Shown one piece after another: positions 39,500 to 53,100 of a stretch of 64,000 nucleotides of DNA. The notes below the pieces were generated by a model. It worked only from the letters and a program-made list of their open reading frames with translations, was not told the DNA's origin and made no database searches. Where the stretch lies: positions 62,001-126,000 of the forward strand of contig MU271191.1 in NCBI GenBank assembly GCA_021432655.1. The letters run 5' to 3'. How positions within the stretch are numbered: position 1 is the stretch's first letter; every line of letters starts with the position of its first letter. The stretch is from Atractiella rhizophila (lineage: Eukaryota). A program made the position numbers and the translations under genes.

Positions 39500-40610
39500 C
39501 AAATGAGCGTCTGTGACTAGTGCTCGAACTATGCGACTTGGAGATCATTGAGCCCAGCTCCGATGAACCAGAGTCAGTTTATATCCTGGACCAGGATTGG
39601 CTGGTGAAGACCAATCACCCTATGGCGGATCCAGAATGGATTCCAGAAAATGGTGATCGATTACCGTTGGAAGCTTCAGTAATTTTTGTTCTTGTACATT
39701 TTGCATCACAAATAATCTAACTCAATCTACAGATCGCTAGTGAACATTTCAACATGTTCGATGATGACCTTAATTGGGATGCGATAGATGCAATATTGTC
39801 AACCCTGGATTTACTTGCCCCCATAGTTCGGCACAAAGCGCAAGCCAATACCTCTCGGGGGTGCATGAGCGGATTTTCTGGCCAATGTGCAGCTCAGGTA
39901 CGGAGGAGTGTTGGAAATTTTGCCCTCAAGATCAGTGGGCTTGGCAAGGTGAGCAGGTTCAGCGCATCGGATCTAGTCCAGTAAGATTCCTGATCCCCTG
40001 CATGTAGAGGCTTCGTGAAAATATCGACTATGAAGACCTCATAGAATCTAAGCTTGCGGAAGGGGTTAGAAGAGACAGATGTAAGCTGGAGCTGGCAGAT
40101 ACCAATAGTGGTGCGTCAACGTCCATGCATCTGCAGTTGCTCAAACGTATTCAGTGGCTGGATGCCGCCTCTTGACCTTGATGGAAAAGGTTGTTCCCGA
40201 AATCTATTACGACTGGAGCATGTCCAACCTGGAACATCCTTCGAAAGCAAATCTCCAATTTCTCCCTGTCACTCAGTACTGCGCTAGTGCCTATGTGGGA
40301 CCATCTCATGTCGACAAAATTGATCGCAACTTCACATACAACCACAATGCATTCAATGAAGAACGCGAGACGTACCCTTTGGCAAACTCAATATTCTTTC
40401 CGGCATTGAACATGAGTTCGAGTCCTCAAGGGCGTACAACTGACAATGTCTGTCCAGCTTGTCCTCACAACGCCTGGCCCATATTACGGCCATAGTCACG
40501 AAGTCGATGGGGAACCTCTTTTCCGGCCAGCTATGGGAATAGTTACATTAGCGAGTAGCACGGTCAGAAAAGAGCTTAGCAAAGGCAACGTGGAACACGA
40601 GATCTAGCGC
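39500..40610 (+). pseudogene. Putative TET/JBP-like 2OG-Fe(II) dioxygenase, frameshifted
   Basis: RGCMSGF.G....RSVG.F, then YCASAYVGPSHVDKID (HxD), IFFPALN, and after a frameshift VRVLKGVQLTMSVQLVL-TT...FRPAMGIV. This motif order fits fungal Tet-like oxygenases, but the distal His is not seen intact. Recognised by eye only. Confidence 0.5.
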
Positions 40611-43600
40611 CACGTTGGTTGGAACGCAAAATCCTTGGAGAAATTAACTGCAACAGCGAGAGCAAGAACGACGAAGTACATCTGACGGCGCTGGGCAAAC
40701 ATGCGGGAGGCAGCGTGAAGTCAGGGACGCGATTTATCGCGAAAAATCCTAATTCATAAGGTTTGAGTTCCCATCATGTGACTAGTAACATGGCGTTTCT
40801 CAAAACAAACCAATCACTTAAAAGCGCGTACCTCATGTGAATTAGGAGTGCGAGGGGGATAGCTTCATTGTGAACAAGCATACGCTGTTAAATGACCTTT
40901 TTCAGAGGCCAGGATTTGAGTGCAACCATTGCCACCATTCCATGCTCCTGGTCTAGAGTTTGCACAGAGGGTCTAGAGAATGTGTTGTTGAGGATTATAT
41001 TACTGCTGTAACTTCAATTCTGCTTTTAGATTTCTACCGTTATCCTTCCCTTTTGTTTTCCTTTAACTTGATATCCGTGTTAGGGATGGTTTTATGCAAC
41101 CAGAGAGGCTGCAAGCGAAAAAGGGTTTAGCACTTCAATATCTTCAATTTTAAGAACATTTGTGGTCAACAAACTTGGTCAAAACTGGACGACATCGCCA
41201 ACCAACTCCCGTCCCTCTGGTGATGGGTCTGCCATCACTCATCTGTTACTGCAATCAATTATGCCAATGCTGGTCCAGTTAGCTACGAGGAGGGTTGGAG
41301 GACAGAGAATCTCAGATTGGAGGTAGACGACGGGAATGATGGAGCGCCTCATGCAGGGGTTAGTTGATGATGATGAGATCAGCTTTCTGTGACTGTAGGG
41401 GTCATGAAGCTCTTCTCCGATGATTGGTAGTTACAGGCTTTCGAGATGTTGTAAAGTATGACCATCCTACTCCTATCCTATCTGCTACAGGTCCTACATA
41501 ACTCCCAATTGCCTTGTAATGGTGGGGTGTCATTCGTTTACTTGAACGGCTTAGAGGCCGTATCGAGTGTGTCACCCAAACCTCTGAAAACTTACCATGC
41601 AACCCCTCCGGTCGTCTCATTTGCGGACTGCAACAGGAGCGTGTAGCCTCACTGATGTATCTCACTCTCTCCGCCTAGATACTTGGTTCTTCAGATCTCT
41701 CAGCCCTCCACTCCCATCGGCAAACTAGTCGTCCAGGGTTTTACTCAAAGGGTTTTGCGACACAACTCAGGAAGAAGAGCAGGTAGAAAATCACTTCCAA
41801 CTGTCTTGTGTGCCAAGGTGGACATACCAAGTGTTGATAAATTTAAGACTCACAGGCCTGGAGACTCTTTCTCCAATCGTGCAAGACGCTTCAAGTTGAC
41901 ACTAAACACACAAAACTCAGGAACAGTCCGATATCTTGCTCTCTTTGACAGTGTGAGAAACATGCAGCGAGTGTTCGCCGATGCAGACAACGCTGGGTTC
42001 CCAGAAAGTTCTCAAGACTCTATCTACCCCACATCCCAAAGATGCATCAACCCTCTCAGGTTTCCCAGTTGTACGTATTGAAGAATTAAAAATTAGCATT
42101 GGCTTTATACGCCAAAGTTCAGCGCTCAAAACCTGAAAAATAGTAAAGTGAAATGTGGGAACTTTGAAGAGACACAAAAAAAAAGAATATAATCAAACGA
42201 CAAGTAAATCATCAAATAATACTGCACCATCGACCAACACCGTCCCCCAGAATGCAATAGCAGACTGTAACAACTTCGCAAAGCAGCATGCCATTCACAG
42301 AAAGCAACAAGGTAACCCATAAAAATCATGAGGATGTCAGGATTTCCACAGAAAGTGAGGAAAAGGTGCCAGTTGGTCCTGTGGAAGTGCAGATGCAGCA
42401 TGATCGTAAGGGATAGCAGTCTGGACCTATGGTGTTTGCCCTGGAGATAGATCTTGAGAAGGGGGCGGCTGGAACTGCTGGTGACTGGGGTTCAGAGGGA
42501 GAAAGTGTGGCGAAGGGAAGGAATATGGAGACTGGATTGCGTGAGTAAGTTGCTGTTGAGGAGGGTAATCAGAAAGTGGCACCGGAGCAGCAGAAGCAGG
42601 GTCTGTCAGTGGTGTTTCGGCTGGCGTTACTTCCACTCCAACAGGAAAAGGTTGTCAGAAAGGTCCTGATTCTACGTTTTCGACCATTTCAACGGACCCT
42701 CCAACTCTCGCCTTAGAGCCACCTTGGTCACTGTCGGAAAGAAGAGTCTCAAGACGTCCACAGACTGATTTTAAGACCTAAACAATTGTTTAATCCAGCT
42801 GTAAGTGAAGGGAAAGAGTGATCGCAAACCTCCACAAAAGATGTATAACTATTGGAGTTTCTTAATGCACCCGGATCCTCTGACACTGACGATTACTTTT
42901 AAATCTCCCAAGAGAGATAAACTCACCCTATTCTTCACCTGTACACTCGCTAGCAACAATTTGATTGCTGTTGCCGCTTGCTTAACCAAATGATTGAGAT
43001 TCTGCCCAGGAGTTCGATCTGGTACGAAAATGTCCTGTGAAAGAAGTAGCATCCTTCTTTCTCTTCGAGTATTAACGGGTGGACCCCATTTTCAATTGAT
43101 TTGAAGACGTCGGTCAAAAGAACGACGGTTGCAGGGAAGGCATTTTGGTACACTTGCCTGTTTTGTGATGCAATCAACAAACACACTGAGTTGAAGGACG
43201 AAGCTTACACAACGTGTGATAATGTTTCTGATGTGTGATTTGTACACGGTGTTAAGAGAAAGATTGCCGCAAGTGAACGCCCACCTCGCAGCTTAAAAAC
43301 TGAACAGACTACAACGCTTGCCTATCTGATGCACTGATCCTTGGAGTATCCATGCTGCAGTCGTGAACACTTGAAGAAAGGAAAAAAAGGTCGATGGAGC
43401 TTCATCACTAGATAGTGTATCTATTTACCCATTCCTGCCAGTCTGTATCCACAGTCAGACACCAAAAGTAAAGCAAGAACCATGTCTTGAGATCCGTCTG
43501 TAATATCTGTCAGGGTCGCCCTCCATAAACAGGTAATGAAGAACGTACGTTTCTGGCAATGAAGAACAGGAGACTGATATGATTTTGTAAATTTGTGAGC

Positions 43601-45277
43601 TTCGACGGGAGATGGCTCAATATGTCCTGATATTGCTGCGTGACCGCAGTGACATCAATAACCCCAATCAGCAAGACAAGGAAGGAAGTGGGTGTGCCAT
43701 ATATCATCGAGCGAAAGAATGACTTTGTATCCTGGTCCCTTGCTTGATGCACAAAGGGCATTTTCGTGCGTCCTTTGCATCATTCTCGCCGCTGCCAGCA
43801 TCAGGCGCTCGTAACTCACATCGCCGAGAACTTCAGGGGGTTGTCGAGAAACTGATGAAGACATGAGGGAGAGAGTTGTCATTCACATTCATTGGAGGCT
43901 CAGAGGCGACTAGGCACGGGTTTATGAGGTAAGCTCGATCGGCCATCGTCGTTGACATCCAATTCAGCTTTTTATCTCTCAGCACAAAGGGTAAAGGTGA
44001 AGCAAAATAACCACTGACGAAGCGTACAATCCCAAAGATTCGAAGCGCCAATTGGAGTTTCAGTGAGTTCCTTCCCCATGGAAGAGCAGGATTGTCAGGT
44101 GGCATTTTCTGCTCGGAACATCAAGCTTGATGAGGAACGGTGAGAGAACAAACGCACATTCTCGTCCTCGCCTAACCTGTGTAGTGTTAACAGCTGAAAA
44201 ATATGGATGGCAGTTCCCAAGAGGGATAGAGCAAATGTATCCGTACAAGTGGGTGTGCCAATAGTTTGCAAATTCCAGCAAAAGAGAATAATGGTTCTGC
44301 AGAAGCGTCTAGCAGTCTCACTCAACCCATATGGACACTCACTGGATAGTTCGTATTCATGGCTGTTCTTGGTACTTTCCAAGCACCAGACAGCGCTGAC
44401 AGCACATCACTTGGCCTTCTGTTGAACCTCTTCGCGTGAAAGTTCAGAAAACCCTCCAGACCACGTGATTTCACCAGTCCCGCTTGCATTCTGTTTGATA
44501 AGATCTGGAAAAAAAGAGCTAGCCATAGCAGATCGATACAGGTCTGAGGAAGATCTTTGCCAGGTGGTGATTGGAGGACAGTGCTGAGAATAAAACCAGT
44601 TGACTTCAGAAATGAAAGGTGGGAAATGGATGCAACGGGTGTGTCCAATCTGGCTATGTGGACCGCTGTTTGTCAAAAATACACTTTGTTTGAGGAGGGG
44701 AAGAGACTTTACATGGTTGTAAAACTTTGTAGGTCATCAATGTAAGCAGGTGTAGCTCTTGAGACAAGACATATCTTATCAAGGATCCAATCCCTCTCAT
44801 CTACCCCAGGGACAAGATTTATCATGCCAAGAACTTCTTCTCTCATAGCCTGCTCAAGTGGTTCTGCTCTAGCATGCCAGATACTAGTGCCCCATTCTGT
44901 TCTCTCCTGTAGAGCTGAGGGAGACTGCAAGGCTGGAGGTTGGAAACATGTGAAGGTCATTCCAGTGTGTTCTTAGCTTTACCCTCCATTTAGGGATCAA
45001 TCTCCATGAAGACGAAGACAATAAGTGACCTTTCCTTGATGACACAGCATCAGTGCACATGCAAATTAAAAGCCAGGACAAATACCACAATATTTTCCAC
45101 TACCTCCCGTGGATAAGTTATGGCTTGCAATTTGAGGGCTGTAGAATGGTTCCCATGCCTTATATAAGAATGTGTAGGGTGGACAAGCCGTCAAGAGGGT
45201 TGATGCAACTCCTGTATGGACTTGCCTGTTGGTAAACAACCATTTACATATTTAAGCAGCTCTACACTGTGGATGCC

Positions 45278-45575
45278 TTCATATGAGAGATCATTTCCTT
45301 TCTCAACACTTTCGTACGAGAGCTTATTCACTTGCTCGATATTTTCGTACGAGAGCTTATTCACTAGAATAACCTGTGCTTCTGCAAAGAGAGGGCATAA
45401 CCTTTCATGCAAGACAATATAACCTTCCATACGAGAAAAATACCCTTTCGTACGAGAGGGCATAACCTTTCGTAACAGAGAAATAATCTTTCATACAAGA
45501 CGACATAACCTTCCCCAGGACTGCAGAGTGGATAACTATCATTTCATATGAGAAGACATACCCTTTCGTACGAGA
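45278..45575. repeat. Array of about 10 TTCGTACGAGA-like motifs with palindromic core TCGTACGA
   Basis: Exact copies at about 45311, 45344, 45447 and 45565. Variants TTCATATGAGA, TTCATACAAGA, TCCATACGAGA. Spacing 33 bp, then mostly 21-22 bp. Confidence 0.85.
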
Positions 45576-48221
45576 AACGTAAAGTCGTTCAAGGGGTTGA
45601 GTGCGAGAGGCTGAACAAAATTGTGGCCTGATGGTGTGGCCAAGTTGAAAATGAGAGTAAATGGGGTTTAAAAGCACCTTGCCACCCCCAAACACTCTGT
45701 AAGACCTGTCGGATCTAGCAAGGTGAAGAAACAAAACATGGACTTCCTGAACCATCCCCAAACAGTCTGGAAGGATCCAATAACTGGGGCGGACACGATG
45801 GAACCCCTTCGGGATCGAGAATCGAAGCTCTCCAGTCGTCAATAAAACATGTGAAGTGAAGTGGTGGCCCCTTGGGTCAGCATAAGCATGGAAAGCACAG
45901 ACAATCTTCTGCTTGAGTGGGGATTATTTTGCCGACAAAGACCCTGTCTGAACTTCTTTCTGTTCGAGGAAGTCGTTCCGGTCTGGGATGGACCAAAACT
46001 TCAGTCATACCGGTCGCCATTGTGAGAGGAACACAAAAAAATGCTTGTCAGAAGAAACAAACTATTCACTACCAAATACAAGAGAAAGGGAATAACGCGA
46101 CTGAAGAAAGTGAAGATTGTCCAGCCCTAAACGATGGCACATTCACACCCGCAGCCTACAGCTTCCAACAACTTTGACTTACTCTTAGACACCATAGTTA
46201 CAGTTCAACGTTCATGCTGCCATCTTGCTTGAGCGGTAATTGTTCTTGAACTAACTTTGTGTTGTCGTTCATTGTTTCTCCTGATTGTTCACTTGCTCCT
46301 TGTTCTTGTGTTTTCACTTTATTACCACTTTACTCTTGCGTGAATATTCTAGAATCCTGGTTTGATGAGTCTATAAAGTGTGTAAGATTCACATCCTGCA
46401 AGGCAACAGGTTATAACACAACTCAGCACCAGAGTACGAAACATACTATGTATCAACAAAACCAATCTCCTACTAGTGGCTATCACAAGGGACAGGAGAT
46501 GGAGATAGATATGGGGAATGGCAGTAAAAAGAGTGCATAGTGGAAGGCAATTGTGGTTCTGACCTTGTCCCTCTCTTGCGTCTTCCGACCTTCTGTCGTT
46601 CCAAGCCTTCCCTCAAACCTATAGCGTTTTCCATGCTCCTGGATCAAGTGGACTCCGCCCATTTCTCCTCGCTACAGTATTTGATATCTCCTCTCCGTCC
46701 TCTCCTTCTTCAGGTGGAGTGGGAGCCATCAACACGTCTGGATCTACCTCCTCAGCAGGACACTGCAAACGACAATGCTGGACCGGCTTCCAAGTTCAAG
46801 GAGTATGGTGATACTGTCAGGACTTTGCAAGTGGGAATGATGAAAATTCGTGCTGAGGCCTTGCAAGCAGGAAAGATGTTCAGCAATGATCTGAAAGGTT
46901 AATGGTCTCAGCTGGAGGCAAAGGATTGGAAGTACACGACGAAAAAACCTGCTTCGCATATAGCTTGACTCAAATGAAGGTCACAAGTTCTGGTGAAGAA
47001 CAGGGGATTGGCTGCGAAACAGGTTTTGAGGTGTTGGTTGGATTAGGCAATCATTGATGGTGAATTCAAAACGCGAACATGGCAGGAAGGTGCAAAAATA
47101 GGTTCACTGTAATTCCTTGATAAGCGGCGGGTGATGACGTGGTGATAATAGACAAGCAATCGAAAGGACAAGGATGGGTTTGGTGTGCTCTAAAGAGCTT
47201 GGAGTGAAGATGAGGGAGGCTTTGAGTGTTTTCCTGGTAAGTTGTCCTTATTGGAGTCGAAGAAGAGGCTGAACTGGACGAAATAAAAGCTGTCAAGCAG
47301 CCTGGAAGGGTAAACAGCAGAAGAGATGTGAGATCGGGAAAAGGAAAGGATTCAGGATTCAATCGTGGACAGAGAGAGTGGTGACCGGGACGGCATTCTA
47401 CCTGAGGAAGAGAAAGCCATGTGGCCTGGAAGATATGGCAGCTAGCTTCATGTAGAAACAATCGACTTATATAACCTGTGTCCTCCCATTTTGTTGACAC
47501 CTGTTCCTCCTCCAGACTCTTGACCTTTCTCAACACTTCCGGATATGGGTTCTAGAACAAGTTTCGCCCCCTCTTACTACTACCAAATAGAATGGTATGT
47601 CCTTGTATCTTAGAAAGAGCTTGTGCAGCTTCTGGCCTTAAAGAACCATTTTGCAAGATTGGTCACATCTCCACTGATCCACCAGTGGCATTGCCTGGTG
47701 TTTCTTTTGCTTACTAATCTGCTTGATGGACTTGCAAAGTCCATCCCAGTTTTAACACCAACGACTCAGAATTAAGGAGGAGGAAGCAGGGCAGCATGGG
47801 ATTGAGGAAAGTGTCGTCGATCCTTCCTTTTCTTTCACCATGGGTTGGGTCCGTCAAACTCCTCTCTCCTGCCTTCTATCCTCACGTACTTTCTGTGGGC
47901 CAATTGGTATGTTGACGCCATAATCCTCAGCAAGCTCAGCTGCTACACTCGTAGGTCCCCTTTCTCTTCCATCAATCCTTCGAACCAGAGTTGGCCGATA
48001 CCACTTCACTTCACCTCCTGATACCATGTGCTTCACCTCCTGATAAAACCATGTACCTCACTGGTGAATGAAGTGAGGTGAAGCTGATTTGGAGAAAGAG
48101 GTGGTATTGGAAGGGGGTGAAGTGTAGCTCGGTCCAGAGACTATGATAAACTGCAATATTTCTGTTCTCTGCTGCGGTACCACCAACTTCTCTCTGTGAG
48201 TGCCAAGCAATACCTTGGCAG

Positions 48222-51200
48222 TAGGGATGGCTGTCGTCCCGTTTGCGGCCGGCGCAGATTTGGACGGACGGAGTGATGTTCTTGTCGTCCTCGTCCCGTC
48301 CCGTCCCACCGGCCTCGAAAAGGGGGTTGGGCGACTTGAAGGACGGGACGGTCAAGGACGAAGTGACGGTTCAGGACGAGTGCAAAATGATTATATTGAT
48401 TGAGAGCCAGAATATGTAAATACCTTTGAAGATCCGATGTGCTCAACTTACTGTGTATTCCCCATGCCCAATGCCTTTTCCATCTCTCGCTTCAGCTCAG
48501 CAATCCTCTTCTCACGGTCCATCCTCAGTGAAACCTTGAGAAACATGAGGGCTCAAATAGATTCAGGATCTAAGCGAGCTCTTCAGATTCCAATGGTATC
48601 ACGAGCACCAGAGAAAAGGCGCTCTACTGCCACCGCACTCCCTATACTCGCCATCAACAAGCTACCCAAAGCTGCCATGAGATTACTTTCCTGGCATGGA
48701 AAGGATATCCCGTGCCATACGAGAAAGGTTGGGAAGATTCTTGTGCGATTCTTCTTTCCAGAATAGAAGCGGATTGACGGCCCAGTCAAGTTGCTTATGT
48801 TCAAAAAGATAATCGAGTTCTTTTTTGAGCCAAGTCTTCAGGTTGACCGGCGCTGCCTTGAGACCTCATTAAATCGGCTGCCAGGTTGACGCGTTTCCTC
48901 TTCCTTGAGTTTGTTGAACCTTGCTGTTCATCTTGAGCATCTGATGCGACAATGGAAGGAGTTGGTGCTCTGAAATACTCTCTCCGAAACAGAGCCGCAA
49001 AGTTGTCTTTGTGCCTCTCAATCTCTTTTCGGTCTGCATTGGAGAATACAGGCAGCTCAAAATACTTGATACCCATCCGTGGGTCTAGAACTGACAATGA
49101 GGCAAATCTGAGCATCAAGAACGATTTATTGACAGAAGGGAGGACTCACGTATAGAATAAACAGGGTACGGAGAGGCATCTGATTTAAGGTGCCAAGTTG
49201 CAAGCTTGTCATAAGCATCAACGAGTGCTCCACGGTATTTCGTATCAAGGGAGATAGGGAATTCCCGTATAGAGGTTTCAAGATGTTGGAGCAAACCGTG
49301 GAACACACCGAGAGTTTGCGCAGGAGTTCTTCGTCATAGACATGTCGTACGTTGCATTGCGGAAAACCTCGAGCCACTTGGTTGCCTGCTCCAAGTTGGC
49401 AATTATCAGAGAATACAACACTTGTGAGATAACTAATCATACCAGTTCAATCCCATTCCAGTCCTCTTCCGACAATGCAAGCGACTCAAGGTCATGACGA
49501 TCCACATATGCCTTCAAAGCTTCCCGGCACCTAACAGCCAGATCAAGCATGTCATGCGTAGACCCCCATCGAGTCCGCACATCGAGAATCGGCATTCTCA
49601 ACGTCTCATCGGACATGTTCTCGATAGTCTCAATAGCATCTTCCAGTAGTTGCAACCAGCTCTTCCGTCGTTGTGAGGAACTACGTAGGTGCTTGATGAT
49701 CGCCCTGAGCTAGAATATCCATATTTTCTATTACTTTGCGGCTGAGACAGTGAGGAGGAGGCGAACCTTTGGTATAGCACCTTTGAGTTTCACCATAACA
49801 GCATCATCCGACTCCCCAGTCAACTCTTCTTCACCTAGCTGACTCGCATCCCCTTCCTCTGCCGCGGTCGTAACACACTCTTGATAAATAACACCAGGAC
49901 TCTTCGCCTCCTTTGGCCAGACGTCAAGGGTTTCAAGGAGTGCGATGGCAGCGAGATGAATGACATGTGGCATGCAATTGAGATGGCGTTCGTATGCGCT
50001 GAAATAGATCCCCCTCTTGGCAAGATGACTTGTGACGCCTTCCGCAAGCGTTTTGTTGTTACTCGCACCATCCGTCATCAGGATTCCGAGCTAAGTGTGA
50101 AGGAAAGTTGAGTGACAGCAGGACACAGGAAGCCAGGGAAAGGAACAAACCATGTGTGCAATATGATAGCGATCCAAGCACTTCAGGACAACATCTGCCA
50201 TGTTGTCCCCAGTGTGGCTACCGAGAAGCTCTGAGAAGTCGAGGCAAATTTCTTCCAGTTCCCAATCATCATTGATAAATGACCAACAATGGCAAGGAAA
50301 GAGTAGAAGGAAGGAGTCAATGTCCAGGCATCCAACGACAGGTGAACTTTTGTTTTCATACGCTACCCCGAATTCAAACTGATTAACTGATATGTGAGAA
50401 GCAATAGGTAAACTGACTTACACGTAAACTCGTTCCAAGCTCATCCATCCTCTGCTCCGACATCTTCATAATTCTCTCCTTCATAACCTTTCGACTTGGA
50501 AACTCTAACTTATCTCCTTCACGCCTTTCTGATCCACGGAAGCCACAGGACTTTGAGTACTCGCATCAGTTGTAACATCTTTCAGCGTTGATCGAGTCCA
50601 ATGAACATAGTAGATCAACTCTATGAACTCAGGATTTTCGGTCAGAGAGAAAGCTTGGTCCGTGGACACGATAAACTTTTGAAGGAGGTCGTCAAACACG
50701 CGTTGATCAAACTGCTGTAAATACACGCACACCGTTCAATCGCAGGAGCACTTAGAATCAGACCAAAAACCAACCTGTGACCCGTACTGCCGTTTTAAGC
50801 GCTTTAGAATATCATCTAAGCGCTCAGTTTGAAGTAGTGCAGTTTTGCCATCCGAGTCTGTGATCTGAAAAGGCAACTCAGTACCCAAACACTACGTCAA
50901 AGCGAGGACAACATACCTTAATTCTTCCAGCTGCCTTATCAACATCCTCTTGCGTAATCTCCAAGTCATTGTCCTTTTTGGCTTTGAGAAGATCATAAAA
51001 CTGCACAAGAGACTTGCGATGGTTGGAGAGATTGTGAAGATGTTTAACAAGTCCCTTGTAGTTGGAATTACTCGCTTTGGAGACACGGAGAATGTTGGTG
51101 CAATGGCTGCATTGATAATACCTATCGCCCTCTTGATGTCATGCGCGAACTGCTGCACTTGCACGGTTGACTGTGGTCTGCTTGTAGAAATAAAGGATCA

Positions 51201-52794
51201 ATGATCGCGAAATTGTCGGCTGACACCAAACAACATATCATGATAAGAGAAAAAGAGGATAGGAATGAGTTTTGAAGGCAAGAAACACACTGTATCTGTT
51301 GGCACGTCTTGGTGCACTGTCGCTTTGAGCGAAGAAATGGCAACACCACCTTCTCCGTTCGATCCTTGCTCGACACCTCTGGCAACCTATATGGTGTAAG
51401 TAAGGATGAAGGAAATAAGTGGAACGAGGACTAACCTTTCGCCGCTTCTTGTTTCTTCGCTGTGGCACCTGTTTCTTTTGTAGATTGTCCGCCACCTCGT
51501 CATTATCAATCTCTCTCGCCTGGGGTTCTGCTTCAAGGTCCAGCATGACCACATCTGAGTCTTCAGATTTGTCCTGAAAGACGGTGTCTTCTCTGATATG
51601 GTTCACCAGACCTTCGGCAGCTAAAGCCGCATGAACATGCTGTGCAGCGGAACAGACATAACCCTTCCGGGCATCAAGCAGAACTTTGGGGACTACCTCT
51701 GAAGCATTTAGCTTCAGCAAGCCGTCCCACAGAGTACGAAGGGCTTTGATGCCTTGTTGGAAACCGGTATCGACGGCTGTTGGTCGCCAACCGGAGAATG
51801 CCGAGTGAAATGGGTCTTCGTCATCTTCAGCCGTGGATTCAAGGTGGTGAAGAAGTGAAGTTGCCTTCTTAAAGAGTGCCGAATCCACCTGAAGCCCACC
51901 AACCTTGGTTAGTGCCAAATAACATTGGTTGAAAATGTAAAATGAAAGCCATCCGCCATTGTAAGGATAAACTTACGTGGTTGTGGTGCTTTTTCATATT
52001 CTGAGGCGCTAAGAAGAAGCTGCAGATGCTCGTAGCCAGGAATGTTAGACAGCCTGTCTCGTCAATCACATTAGTACGAGCATCTCAGGCTACGAACGAA
52101 AGATCCTTACACGGCCTTTTGTTCCTTTCTTTTGAGTTTGTGACTGAGAGCATTGTTATCCTCATTGTTCCTCTTCACCATATCAATGAGAGTCCGCTGC
52201 CGCGACGGCCTGCCATTGGGTTCAGCCATTTTATGGCAGCTTCGATTGAGGGAGTTGTCAAAGATGGAAGGAGAGGCGCTTATATGAGCCAAAGAGCACT
52301 CGGACGAGGCTTGGGTGCATTGCAGTAGTTACACGAACAATACATCTAAAGAACATGATCAGCTTGGATCAGGGAAAGAAAAAGTGCTCACACATGGAGT
52401 CAGACTTGAAACTAACACGGGCAACGAGAGGGACTTTCCAACCTTCCAGGGCACGTAGCAGCTCTTGCACACCGTGAATAAGGTGTGCTCGGCCTGCAAG
52501 GAGCAATTCCACCTCAAACTCACAGAACCTGAAGCAGGAACCAAAGACCACGTACCTTCTGACACAGCTCAACAAGCCCGAGTTCATTTACCCATACCAA
52601 AATCGCTCCCCCCCTATAAACCAGACCGTCCTACCGGAAGCCGTCGTCCACGCTATTCTGGGACGGACGGGATGATGCTCACCTCGTCCTCGTCATCGTC
52701 CAACTGGTCGTCTTTCGTTTTGGTGGACGGACGGAGTCCGGCACCGTCACCGGACACCGTCCAGCCGGTATTGCCGGCACGATAGCCATCCCTA
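48222..52794 (-). mobile_element. hAT DNA transposon, family A, copy 2 (defective)
   Basis: TIRs TAGGGATGGCTGTCGTCCCG (48222) and CGGCACGATAGCCATCCCTA (ends 52794); TSD CTTGGCAG / CTTGGAAG (7/8). Transposase collinear with 8398-12180, with several frameshifts. Confidence 0.95.
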
Positions 52795-53100
52795 CTTGGA
52801 AGCAACGATCAGGAACGGCGATGATGATGATATCTTTGAGAATCAAGTCGATAACGCAGTGGAGCTTCGTGGCCAAATAACGTTTTATAACACCGTCATT
52901 CAAATCCTCCAACACAGGACTCACATCTTTTCCATCTATATTGGTAGAGAAACAGCGCACCTCATTTGTCATTCTCCTGTTGGCACTGTTGTCACCCTTC
53001 CATTTAATTACAATAAGGAACCTTATCTTATCTTCATTGCAACCCTGTCGAGACAGAAAATGCGGTGGACTGCCTTGACCTTGGGGCTGATGATCCACTG
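52795..53100 (+). pseudogene. Fungal-type protein kinase (FunK1/Pkinase_fungal), N-terminal segment
   Basis: RGQITFY......QHRTHIFSIYI...AHLI......VVT.PFNY matches the FunK1 N-terminal pattern. Confidence 0.7.

Noticed and set aside
40728..40786. CGCGAT-TT-ATCGCG hairpin followed by CTAG|T as a possible second Helitron end after the TET-like gene
   Set aside because: The hairpin is about 40 nt from CTAG, further than typical, and has no similarity to the conserved cassette. Not called without multi-copy evidence.
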